From contig OZ037769.1 in assembly GCA_964035545.1 (NCBI GenBank), forward strand, positions 3,515,929 to 3,579,928: a stretch of 64,000 nt of DNA. The letters run 5' to 3'. The number at the start of each line of letters is the position of its first letter. The stretch's first letter is position 1. The DNA is from Bugula neritina (taxonomy: Eukaryota; Animalia; Bryozoa). Under the pieces are notes generated by a model. It was given only the letters and a program-made list of their open reading frames with translations, was not told the DNA's origin and searched no databases. The position numbers and the translations under genes are program-made. Shown one piece after another: positions 25,301 through 37,750 of this stretch.

Positions 25301-28300
25301 TGTCACAATTGTTTATTTCTAATATGTCACATTTGTTTATTTCTAGTATGTCACAGTTGTTTATTTCTAGTATGTCACAATTGTTTATTTCTAGTATGTC
25401 ACAGTTGTTTATTTCTAGTATGTCACAATTGTTTATTTCTAATATGTCACATTTGTTTATTTCTAGTATGTCACAATTGTTTATTTCTAGTGTTGTATGA
25501 GTGAATATATATAACCATTATCATTAATAACACCAGGTTTATGCTCAAACTGATGGCCATAGCTTCTCTTGTAGATAGTCTATTCATACTTGTTCTTAAA
25601 CTGTTATTTCTGTTGCAATTTATCACATTTCCCTGTTATGTCGTATCCATTTTTGTTACATTGCATTATCCTCTTGTTACGTTGTTGTTAATTAGAAAGA
25701 ACACAAAAGATTGAATCTCTCAAAAAGTTGAACAGAGAGTCACTGAAATACAATCAGAAGTTGCAGCATCAGGAAAAGAAACTGGAGCTGCGTATTGATC
25801 AGGTATCGGCGTGTGTCTTTGGTGTGTCTTGTGTATATCAATGGAAATAGTGTGTCTATATTGTTATATTGTACACAGTATATTACTCTGATAAGCCATA
25901 TCATTGAATATAAATTGAATATTATTACAAATGAACTAAGTACCTTTGGGTTTCTCGGAATTACCCCTAGGAGGGGAGAGGGGGTTAATATTGATTCTAG
26001 ACAGAAACTTCCATTAATTTGCAATGAAGAAAATTACAGATGGGAAGAAAGAATTTACTGAAAAAAGCAAGCTTCCAGTTGGTCACTCGCCAACAATGTT
26101 ATACACTCGAAAGAAATTTAGAATGTTATGTACTTGCTTGCACTTTAAAAGTCCGAGAAGTATTTTGGTGAATCTATGACCGACTAAACTCAGCTGAATT
26201 CAACAGCCCAGTTAAGAACCTTCGTATCTTACAGTTTATTTATTTGTTTACCTGTGACCGTAGTTACGGAGAAGTATTAAAGAGTTACAAACTAGCTATG
26301 AAGAGCAGAGACAAGCTGGTTATGAGATGTTCAAGGCCCTGGAAGGCATTTCTGATAAGAAGGTACAAAACTGTGAACTTGCTATTTGTATTTGAGTTTC
26401 ACTACATTCTATGCGGCAATATTAAAATATTATGTAGTGTAATGTGTAGTATTTTGTTAATTTTGTGTATTTTTAGGTTTCTATACCAGAAAAATATAAG
26501 CAGACAGAAAAGCTGAAGTCCCCTACAGCTATGATGGTTAGTAAGGGACGTCAGACAAACTACCCGTGTGGAATATGCGAAAGCGTAAAGGAGCAGCATT
26601 TACTGGCTAAGTGTGACCAGTGTTCTAAGCACTACCACTTGGGATGCCTTGATCCACCACTGGCTAGGATGCCAAAGAAGTCTAAACTGTGTGGATGGTG
26701 AGTCATAATATTTGTTAGTGGTTAAACCGAAAAATGTAGCTGGCTGAATAAAACAGATGAATATAGTACAAGTGTCTACTTGGTGTTCAAATCAATGTTC
26801 AGAAAAACTCTCCGGTTTTCTGTGAATAACTGAGAATTAATATAGGCGGCCTTATTATTCAGAATTTAGCAGTCTGTACTTATAAAGTATTATGTCTTAG
26901 CTTATAAAACTTGTCTTCAATTATACAATCAAAATTACATTCAGAAGTCATTATTTTAGAAGTTGTCTTCTTGAGTAAGAATTTAGTGAAGCATCCATTT
27001 ACCAGCATCTATAAAATGTCGTGGGAGGGGACAACTTCACTGTATAAGTTTTATCTAGCTGTGTCGGGGCAATTAGCGGCTGAATATTTTCAGGGTGTGC
27101 TCCATCTGTGATCACAACAACCACCTGACACCTGCTGTCACAGAGTTTCCTATTGACATGGAAGCTCCCAGAAGTCTTCGACAGTCAATCAAAGAACCTG
27201 ACAAGTTTGTGCAGCCAGAACTCAAGTTGTTTGTGGAAAAGTTTCGGGTAAAATTTCTTAAACATTAATTATAAGGTTTGAGATTTAATCTACTAGGAAT
27301 AATCTGAAACTTTTATTTGATAGTTCTAAATTTTGATTTGATTTTAATTGGATAAAATGTATCATAAGAAAGATTAAAATAAGTCTTTTAAATAGAAATT
27401 TTAATATGCTTTTTGTAACAAACCTTTAGCTTAATTAACTATTTATGTTTACTAAATAAATTTGTATTTTTGTAGTCTAGTTATTTCATTCAGCTTATAA
27501 TAAAGTTAAAATTTCACTCTAAGAAGTTGGTTTTCATGAATTGTGACATCTAAACTAATGCACCATCCAATTAGGAGTCTGCTGTAGCACTGCTTGTGGT
27601 TGTTTGCAGCGTCAGAGAGTCAGCAAGGCAAAGAAGAGGTCAGCGGCTTCAAAAAAGAAGCTTGCGACAGGGAAGCCCAAGAAGGCGAAGCTGACTGAGG
27701 CAGCAGCTAAAGTAACCGCTGACCCTAATGTGCAAGTCAGCGGAGAGAACAAACAGGAAGCTGAACCTCCAGCAATGGAGATAACCTCAACTCTAGTGGT
27801 GTGTGTCTGTAGCACTGTGTGTGTCTGTAGCACTGTGTGTGTCTGTAGCACTGTGTGTGTCTGTAGTACTGTGTGTGTCTGTAGCACTGTGTGTGTCTGT
27901 AGTACTGTGTGTGTCTGTAGTACTGTGTGTCTGTAGTACTATGTGTGTCTGTAGTACTATGTGTGTCTGTAGTACTATGTGTGTCTGTAGCACTCTGTGT
28001 GTCTGTAGCACTGTGTGTCTGTAGCACTCTGTGTGTTTATTATATAGTTAGTGTGTAGTTATTAGTTAGCATATAGTAGTAGTGTTACTGTTAGTTGTAG
28101 TATGTAGTAGTAGTGTTACTGTTAATAGTAGTGTTACTGTTAGTAGTAATATGTAGTATTAGTGTTACTGTTAGTAGTAATATGTAGTATTAGTGTTACT
28201 GTTAGTAGTAATATGTAGTATTAGTGTTACTGTTAGTAGTAGTATGTAGTAGTAGTGTTACTGTTAGTAGTTAGTAGTATACATTATTATTAGTAATCAG

Positions 28301-29288
28301 CGTGGTACTGTTACAGTATTGTTGAGTATTTTTAGTATATTTTCTTTAATTTGTAGTCTCATAGCACCTTTTTATGCATTGTGTGGCAGTGAATTGCATA
28401 TTTTAGTTTAAAAAAGTCAAGATAAAGCCATTTAGCCTTATAGAGTTGTAACTATGGTTTCATAGTAAATTCATACTTTAGTTTACATATTCACAAACTT
28501 TCTCATCAGGAAGAATGTGGGACTGGAATATCCGGGATCTATTCCTCCCCTGTTAGAGTTGGGAGGAAGTCAAAGGTGCTCAAAACTGGTGTCTGTAACT
28601 CCTGCAAGGGGGACTGTAACGGTGGCACAGCTGTGAAGTAAGATGTTATATTTGTGTTGCTACTATCAGTAGTACTACCTTGATTACTATAACTACCACT
28701 ATGAATACTACTATCACTACCACTATGAATACTAGTATCACTACCACTGCTACTGACTATAATTCTTCATTAAACAAGTGTTGAATTTTTCCTATTTTGT
28801 TACCTTTTTTCTTTATAATTGCATTTCTAAGGAGGGTTAAACATTTAGTAGAAATTCTATGACTTTTTAGCAGATATATTTGATTTACCTAAAGTTTGAT
28901 AGACTGTAGTAGGATAACAGGTACTTGCAGTAACTATTTATTTTACATTGACACCTGTCTGTTATGACAGCCATCTTCAGCCACTAGTCATCATACTGAT
29001 TTAAAGGGCACCTGTTATACATTGTCAGTTGTCACATTCTGACACGCCATACTTTTACCCTGCAGGTGTGATGCGTGTCTAAATTGGCATCACTTTGCCT
29101 GCCTTGACCCACCAGTAAAGAAGTCTCCCAAACCTCGAGGTTACCAGTGGTTCTGTGACGAGTGCGAGGTAAAGGAGGAGGAAACAGTCGACCCCCAACC
29201 CAACAAACCGGACGGTGAGGATACTCCGACTAGTGTGGTGACTGTAGAGAATAAGGAGGGGCAGACAACTAAAAATGGGAATCACTAG
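19351..29288 (+). CDS. PHF14: PHD finger protein 14 (PZP module, coiled coil, two C-terminal PHD fingers; ~18 coding exons)
   Basis: Approximate exons 19351-19495, 19581-19799, 20066-20213, 21337-21496, 22085-22140, 22833-22944, 23357-23451, 23835-24015, 24303-24378, ~24521-24623, 24989-25082, 25696-25802, ~26263-26362, 26477-26697, 27094-27247, 27610-27798, 28510-28637, 29066-29288. Motifs RDPSKRRVKP..DSDYEF, CCVCL..EIIECDGCGILVHEGCYG, STESTEPWFCDPCKAGV, RWVHLICALYVP, GVCIGCDAGMCRSFFHVTCAQRHGLL, ADPFYAHCKMH, HYHLGCLDPPLARMPKK, HHFACLDPPVKKSPK. Likely non-coding exon ending ~18141. Confidence 0.95.
21750..22070. repeat. ~21-23-bp minisatellite (AGTCACATGTATAATATATAT)n
   Basis: About 15 units ending ~15 nt before the PHF14 acceptor at 22084. 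Confidence 0.95.
25105..25492. repeat. 24-bp minisatellite (TATGTCACARTTGTTTATTTCTAG)n
   Basis: About 16 units with largely alternating G/A variants, starting ~22 nt after the donor at 25083. Confidence 0.95.
27797..28036. repeat. 16-18-bp minisatellite (GTGTGTGTCTGTAGYACT)n beginning at a PHF14 splice donor
   Basis: About 13 units seen directly. Confidence 0.95.
28075..28280. repeat. ~29-bp minisatellite (TAGTGTTACTGTTAGTAGTAATATGTAGTAT-like)
   Basis: About 7 degenerate units in the same intron as the 18-bp array. Confidence 0.85.
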
Positions 29289-31496
29289 AATTTTCTTTCA
29301 ATCTTCGATCTTCAAATCATATTGCCATACTCTGCAATTCTCAATCCTGTTGAATGTTTCAACTTTCGTTCTGTTTAATTATATACTATACAATTTTGTA
29401 AGTTTGATTGTATTTTGTAAAATTTTCTAATCTTTTCAAGTTCATTTTGTTACTAGTAGTTAATTAATTGTTTCCACTACTTAGAACTCATTATTATCCT
29501 ATTCTAATTGAATATATGTGTATAAATATTTCACCGATTGTTTTGTACAGTTAATCTTATTATAGCAGTGTATCTTAATTCTTGTTTAGTAAATTGTAAT
29601 TAGCAATATCAGTGAAGTTACCCTACATAATTTGTGATGTGTATGTGATAAAATGATTTCCAGTTTTAAGACTCAATAAAGTTATAATTTTTTAAAATTA
29701 AGTTATTGAAATCTTGAATGTTTAATTATTACAAGCTCTAGAGTCTAGTATATAATATACTCTGTGACCTTGAAAGTTTATAAATGATTTCCTGCTGACA
29801 AACACTGGAATCTGATTGGTCAATTATTTTGTAATAGCATTCCGAATCCTTTTTCACCAACCATTAACTTAAACTAAGTTTGGCCTACATTAGTAAACAA
29901 AAAGTATTCAACAATCTTAGATCTTGGTTTGGCATGTCTCCAGCCCTTTCACTATAGTCTATCAGATTTCTAGAGCTTTATCCATTTACTACTCTCAGGT
30001 TAAAAACAAATACCGCTGTGTATCAACCTTTATCCATGAAAGGGAGTTAGAATAACATATTTTATATGCCTTGTCAACAATATGTTAAGATTTGAAATTG
30101 CATTTGTTCAAACTTATTCATTAGTTATCCTGATAAGCTTATAATAAGTAATCTAACATCAACAAGCAGTGAGTGCTGTGTAAAGCAGTGTATAGAGTAA
30201 CCTAACAGATTTTAGCTGAGTAAACATGTTTACTACCTTCAACAAAGCTGGAAAATCATGATGCTAAAAGCATAATAGTGATATTATACTGTAATAGGAT
30301 CATAAAGTATACAGCTATGATGCTAAAAGGCACAATAGACTTTGCAATATATATTGCCATATAAAGATTATAAAGTTTATAGCTATTCATCTTAGAGGCC
30401 TACTAAGGCAGTTTTGTAAAATATAAAATAATATTTGCTCAGGCTGAGAATTTACTCACAGGCTGTACCACCAATTTTAAGATAATATTATAATATGTTG
30501 TTCCAAAGAGCTTCTACATTACAAAATGTCTATGTATTGTCGTGTGTTCAACTCATTACTATTGTTGCACTATTCTTTCTATACGGAAATAACAACCTTA
30601 CAGAGTAATTTAAAAATGCAAATCACTATATCTTGTATATATTAAAGCAGTTAAAATGTCACATTAAAATGTTTACATTTTGAATGCCATGCCTAGGGCT
30701 AAGATTAATTTGATTGCATAATTGCTTATAAGAATAAAACTCTATAGAAAACCTTTTAAAATATTGCATGCTTACACTATGCTGTGTCCATCATTTAGGA
30801 GCAAGTTTCTGTGCTTGGAAATACTAAATTATAATTTCGGTGATTCAAACCCTAATAGTTAGAGGTACAAAGGCCAATTTTTATAATTATGGCAATAATC
30901 ACAGTTGCACTGGATTAGAACTTATATAATACATCTACGTCCACAGACATGAATATCTATTGGTTGCTATCATATTGCCCCACCATACTACCAATAAACT
31001 AGCAGTAGCTGTATTTTGTGTTGTTTATTGCATAAAATGTAGAAACTCTGTCAACGATAAACATAATTACTTGTATAAGTGTGCATAGCAATTGAAAATA
31101 CCATCATGAAGTTTTAATAACTGTTTTTAGAAATACTATGTTTCGCACACTTACAATATATGCTATACATAAATTAGCTATCCAAAAAATATTTAAAATA
31201 ACTTAAACACAGGCATATTATTTTATTATTGTCATAGAAATTGAATTTAAATTATTTGCACTTTAAATAATCAATGTGTGGTGGTAAAAATAAAAGGGTC
31301 CATGGGCCACACAAGTCATTGTTAATAAATATGCTATCTTGGATGCAAGTTATACTTTCTTTACGTCACAAAATTTATTTTCTTCAAATAGAATAAATTA
31401 TAGAAATCTAAGACATAGTAGTGATATGAAAGAGTGAGTCATGTGGACCGTAATATGGTATCAGATTACGGCAGCATATTGTTATAAAGCAGCAGT

Positions 31497-34400
31497 TTAT
31501 CCTTTCTTCTCCTGCTTTAACAGATATACATTAGTAGAGGAGCCTATGACGATCTTTGGTAGGTGATGTTGCTGCCTATCATTATCTATACAATAAACAC
31601 CCCTCTCCAGATCCACAACTTGGGCCACAGTCTACAATAAAAGGCAAATAAGTTTAGTACACTTTTGAGTTTAACCAACTGATAGCCGTGGCCTAGAAAA
31701 ATGGTAGGTTTCATAGAATGATAGTTGCAAGTCAGTTGTAAGCCTAGAGCCACACGGCGCGTATTTTCGCATGCGAAAATTGAAATCACGAGTAGCAAAG
31801 GTGTCCACTGTAGCGTCAGTGATGCGTGATAAATAAAGCTTTCATTTTTAAATCGCACTCGCTTTCAATAAAACGCACCGTGTGGCCCTTAGCCTAGGGC
31901 CACACGGTGCGTATTTTCGCATGCGAAAATTTAAATCACAAGTAGCAAAGGTGTCCACTGTGCGCGTTGAGAAAACCTTCGCACTTGTCGCTCTGCATTT
32001 TCAACGCAAGTGCGAATCGTCTCTGTCGTCGTCACCTAATTGGCTGGTAGCTATTCAGCGAGCCCAATTTCTTTATTTAGTGCTATATTCCAGTAAATTG
32101 CGTTTTATTGAAAGAAAGTGCGATTTAAAAATGAAAGCTTTATTTATCACGCATCACTGACGCTACAGTGGACGCCTTTGCTACTCGTGATTTTAATTTT
32201 CGCATGCGAAAATACGCACAGTGTGGCCCTAGGCTAAAACTTTATATCAGGGTGGCATTGAATATTAGTTTATCAATTATAGTGAGAATAAGTAAAGAGT
32301 TGAATATAATACTTTCTAAAATTAATGAGTTTGTTTCATTAATAAAGTTTCATTCTTTATTTCCTCTAGCCCACTATGAAAGATGGGCATTTAAAATGAA
32401 ACTCCATTATAAACCATAGACATCTCAATGATTAAAAATGGATAAACAAACACTCTTATTATTACTATATTACTTATTATATAAGCTCTAATAAAGCACT
32501 GTAATAATAATAAAACACTGTAATAATCTTCCAAATCTGATATATTTAATATATAAATAAAGTTAAAATAAAAATGATTCTGATCTATTTACTACTAAAG
32601 AAATAACTGCCCGTAAGGATAATCTCAATAATATACCAGTCTTTTATTAGTATCTTTTCAGCATATATAACATAATGCATTAAAATATAAAAGAAGAAAA
32701 TGTATTTATTCAGATCAAATTTCATCTCTCTAATGCCTAGTTTGTGTGCTATGTAATTAGGGTGTATTGTGAGGGTTTGGTCACACCTGGATCTCTGTGA
32801 CCTATTTACATGACCTATAAACACACACAGAGGAGGAAGTAATATTAGACTAAGAACTTACATTCAAAGTGCCCCTGTCAATGATCCGAGCCATATTCTG
32901 TTCATTTCCACCACAGACTATATAATCACTACCCAGCCACTGGCAACAATACAACTACAACAGACAATTTATACAGCAATATAAAAATATACCTCTTTAT
33001 AATACTCTTATGTAATAGAATTAGTTTAATACTTATTAAAAATGTATTATGATACAACTAGTGCTGTCTAACATACAGCCAATGTCTAACCATTTGCCTA
33101 TAAATTGCTTGCTTTGTTTCACTAGTGTTATTCACCATCTACTATAAATATTACTCTGAAAATTAAAACTAAAACTGTTTTTTATATTATTTCCCAGACA
33201 GATGCTAATATACATTAAATACAAATATGCTGCATTAGTGCGCTAGCTACTCAGCGATTAAAAACTTATAAATTATAAGTGAGTTTGACTGGTTGCAGGT
33301 ATAATATACTCACAATACCAAAAACTTATAAAAACTTATATGTGTGGTAAATGGCTATAAATCATTATATAATATGCATAGTCTGTATACTTGATTAATT
33401 ATCGGTAATTTTACTGTATACAAATATAGTTGGCATCACATTTTAAGGACTAAAATCTATATATATGATAACTATATTTCATGAACTTGGATGAACTTGT
33501 TGATATGGTAGCCTAGCAACCACTCCCCTGGATGACTCACCATACACTTGTGCAGAGCATCTTGGGGCACATCCTTTATTTTAGAGCCGGAGTCAATGTC
33601 CCAGATCTGTAGTACGTTGTTTCTACGCCACGATCCTGTGATGACATGGTTGTGTACCGGGTCTATGTCCATAGCGTCTCCGCAGATGTGGGGGCCATAG
33701 ATGTGTCTGACAGCATGCTTCACTCTGTCATCCCAAAACTGTCACAACAAAACAGGTGCTTTTATGTATATTATTCACTGAGTAGTTATAGAGTAACTTG
33801 GTTAGCATTATTCAAACTGAGTTGCATAGAAAAAATGGTGCTTTTACATATGAAAGATGTTTCATTTACTGCACGTGACAAGTAAATTCTAAGCAAAAGC
33901 ATGGAAACATCCAGAAATAAACTACTACAGTTTCACACAATAACATATATATATATATTATGATTGCTAAATTGACAGCTATATATATTTGCCCTTTCGT
34001 GAATACATGCAAAAGATTATAACAATACAAACAAACTGACTATGTTTATAATAATACTCATTCTATGCAGCTTTATTGATTTAATTTTTAGCTGAAAGAG
34101 AAAATCTAAAATATTGATTCATTATGTTGCAATGCATCTGAGCTATCTGATAAATAAGTTTAAACAAATAAAAATCGATATCATATCATTTTTATTCAAC
34201 ACTTTTATAATGTTTTATATGAAGTAATGATGTAAACAAGCTTATAAAATAAAACTTAATGCTTTTTATACAGGATGTTTGCGAATTTAAAGGACATATC
34301 TTAATTAAAAATCAGGTGCTACGCTAACTACAAAGTTAAAAACTGTTTATTTATTCAGTGGAAATTATAATTGAACAGTTGAAAACCTGAAAGACTTATA

Positions 34401-37139
34401 TAATAGATCGTTTTGTACCCAGTGACACATTAGTACTAGATTACATCACAACTGCTTGTGCAATCAGGACAATAAACAGAGCAAAGCAGCTGAAAAGCTG
34501 CCAAACTAAATCAATCTGACCTTCAGTCAGTAACCACAGATGGCAGCAGTAGCAGCAGCAGCAATAGTAGAAATACGACAGTATAGCAGCAGACTTAATG
34601 TTAATGTAATGTTATAAATAATGTATAAATGCCAGGTTCACCAATCAACTAATATAATATAGTGAAAAGGGTTTTATGCTGCCTCATTCTTACTATTACA
34701 TAACAGGTTTACACCTTTAGTGCTCCATGTACAAACAACTATTTGGTAGCTATGTAGTTCTACCAGTCATGTTTAATAGCTATTATAAGGAAAGGTAGAT
34801 AGTTTCACTTAGCTCAGGTCTTATCTAATTTATTTGGTTTAAGTATTAATTTGATTTAGGTTATTTTCTAACAGAAAACATTTTATGAATTTTTAATTTT
34901 CAAAGATATGTTACTAAAAGCAAAAGCTACCAATCTCCACCAATTTACTCTACAAGGACACAAAAAATGACTAAGTCAATATATAAGAGAGGACACTAAA
35001 ATAGATTTATTTTATGCAATAGCTAGATCATGCAATAAACTTTAAAACTCATACAACGTAGTGCATTGTAGTATACTTTATAGTGGTTACCTGTACTGTG
35101 TCATCCCATCCTCCTGAGATGATCATATGTTGGTCGGTAGGGTGATATCTGACAGAGAATACTCGAAATCTGTGTCCATTCATCACATCTCTACTGTCAC
35201 TACAATATTACATTTCTACTATCGCTACAATTGCATTCACTATAAATAGGTTTAGTGCTCATGTACTGAAATATTTATAAGGCTAGTATAGTGCTGGGCA
35301 TGGTTGTTATGAATACAGTATACTGAAGTAGCAATAGTAACATGAGTGATATGGACATTACTCTGCAGTGTGTTTGTGTATTTCATAGAAATTTATTATC
35401 AATGTTTGCACAAACACTAAACATATTTAGTTGCATATAATAGCTGTGAAGCATTGCACTTTTAATCAATAGACAAGCTAATAACAGTATAATCATACTG
35501 AATACTAAATGTCTTTATACTCTCTAACTGTAAGCACCACAACACATAGTTACTACAACATACACTGCAGGCACACAAGTAACACATTATCATATATAAT
35601 AATCACCTGGGCTCTAGTGCACGTATCAGTTCCTTAGTTTGAGTATCATAAATATTTATGGCTGGATCAGCACCTCCCACAGCCAGCCTATCCCCCATTG
35701 CACTGAATGAGGAACATAGGCATTGCTTTGGAGGATTCTCTGATATAGTTTGAAGACATTTACTGCTTGGATAATGCCAGAACTTTACAAAGCCAGACGC
35801 ATCTATAAATAAACAATCCATACAACATATTAATTTTATTTAATAGAAACTCTGTGTGTGCATCTATTGTATTACCATACTCTTCTTTTTATCCTGATTA
35901 AGTTATTAGTTTTCTTATGACTTTCTAAGGTACAAATTTTATTTTTGCTATGTATTATACATGACTAAATTATGTCAATTTACTACAGTATTCAAAACTT
36001 AAAGAGTATGACAATAGTTTTTATTGTATAATAAAAGATGCCTTTAATTGAAGGAAAAAGCAACATTACTAATTTTATTTAAAGTGTGAATTTAATATTT
36101 ACATGAAATATTTTATTACTTATAGTTATAAAGAGAATAGGTAAAAATATTTTTCTATGCCTCTTATTAAATAATTTGAACTTACACACTGCTAACAAAA
36201 CATGTCTCTTGTCTTCGTTCTCAGAAATACTAAAAGGAATGAACTGAACACTCGTACACGGAAGTCTTGTTTTAAGAACGTCGTTATCGGATAGACTATA
36301 GACTAGAGTTCCATCTGATTGGAAGATCTACAAATATGTACAAGAATATTATACAGAGTATCTGCTTGTTGTAAAAAAATGTTGGTTTGTATAGTTGAAT
36401 ATAAAGCTACAGCATACATATGACTATGCAGTATGTGTCTTAGACTCTGCCTACTATAGTACTTGAATAATACATACTATAACAGCATTACATAATGCAC
36501 AACCTGCCAAAATAATAAAAAAAGTTTTAGACACGTGATCAAATTTTGAAACCGTTTAGTTAGACCTCACCTTAACCATCCCATTGCTCAGGCCTACAGC
36601 AAATAGTGCTCCATCTGGTGAAAACTTTGTGCACATAACTTCTGAACCACAATCTCTAAACAAATAATAATGAAATTAATGATTGAATTTATGAATAATT
36701 TTTTTTTATATTACTAACATGCAAAGTTGAGCTTAGGCTAATGTTATATGGTTACTATTTGTATTTGCAAAAATGCTAACAAATGATTGGAATTAATCAA
36801 CTGACGAATTTGCTTTTTGAGTTAGTAAGTTTTTGAAGCTTTTTAAAAAATTCTAAAATAAATTTTAATTTCTACAACTTATAATATTAATTATAATGAT
36901 CATAAGTGCTTTTTATTAACACACCCACAATTATTTTTATACAGAGTTACTCACAATGTAGCAAGCCATTTTATGTGCCCTTCTGTATGTGGAGAGCGAC
37001 TTTTTGCAGTACTTGCTTCTGAAGTAACTGAGCCCATACTGTTAGTTCTGGGTCGATGAAACGTCGCATTTGAAGTCATGATCATCTCTCCATTTCCTGG
37101 CCGATACTGCTTGCTAGTAATAAAGTCTAATGCAAACAT
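31497..37139 (-). CDS. Uncharacterised WD40-repeat beta-propeller protein (8 exons)
   Basis: Approximate exons 37139-36955, 36655-36571, 36327-36187, 35802-35607, 35200-35091, 33738-33541, 32954-32862, 31631-31497. Repeats: VMCTKFSPDGALFAVGLSNGMVKIF, SGFVKFWH, AVGGADPAINIYD, NGHRFRVFSVRYHP..IISGGWDDTVQFWD, ITGSWRRNNVLQIWD; C-terminus GVYCIDNDR...KKG*. Start codon uncertain. Confidence 0.88.
31739..32237. mobile_element. Compound palindromic MITE (PIF/Harbinger-like ends) in the last intron of the WD40 gene
   Basis: Unit B ~31892-32234 has TIR GCCTAGGGCCACAC flanked by TTA/TAA. Unit A ~31742-31890 is an inverted copy of B's right ~137 bp with a short second TIR. Each long arm contains the palindrome TTTTCGCATGCGAAAA. 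Superfamily is inferred from the ends only. Confidence 0.82.
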
Positions 37140-37750
37140 AGTGGGGATTTAGACTTAACTTCAACTTCAAGCTTATAGATTACATTCGATCAAACAGAGC
37201 ACTTTATTGTATAAGTTAAATCACTATCTTGAGCTTATGTTATCGCCTAGATTACACAAATTTGGCTATTGATTATTGACAACAGCAAAATGGTTATAGG
37301 ATTAGTTGACTGAACTTTCATATCAAAAGAAAACTCTGATTGAAATTAAAGGCGTCGTTTTGTCACAGCAACGTAATGTCAAAGGTTACGATTATAAGAC
37401 CGCAGTATATAGCGTACCAACAAAGATTTTAGTTGAATATGCCGCTTGTAAAACGTATTAGTTTATTAAATATGGCAAGAAAAGATTTACAACTACTAAT
37501 ATAAGATATAATGCATTTTATTTTAATAATTGCAACTACTCGAGTAAAACATCAAACCCTGAGATTACACGCAAACTTTAAAAGTTGAGATCTTACTATT
37601 TAACCAGCATAAACAGGAGTTGTCTTTTCTAGCGCATAAAATTTTTTCTGGTGTTTTGGCTAAGAAATCACTGAAATGGAATATGTATTGTAATTATAAT
37701 GGCAGCCCCCGTACACTTGCCTCAACCGTTACTAAAGTAAAATTCACCCG
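37140..37750. promoter_or_regulatory. Probable bidirectional promoter for the WD40 gene and OXSM
   Basis: Divergent starts ~610 bp apart, with local CpG enrichment at 37350-37460. Confidence 0.55.

Noticed and set aside
21722-28027. Repeat arrays as CRISPR arrays or repeat proteins (SSMSQLFI, HMYNIYS, TDTHS)
   Set aside because: No unique spacers or cas genes; these are intronic minisatellites in a eukaryotic gene.
32585-32824. ORF as the last WD40 exon
   Set aside because: The nearby acceptor gives an immediate stop after a ~46-nt intron; exon 31631-31497 completes the propeller in frame.
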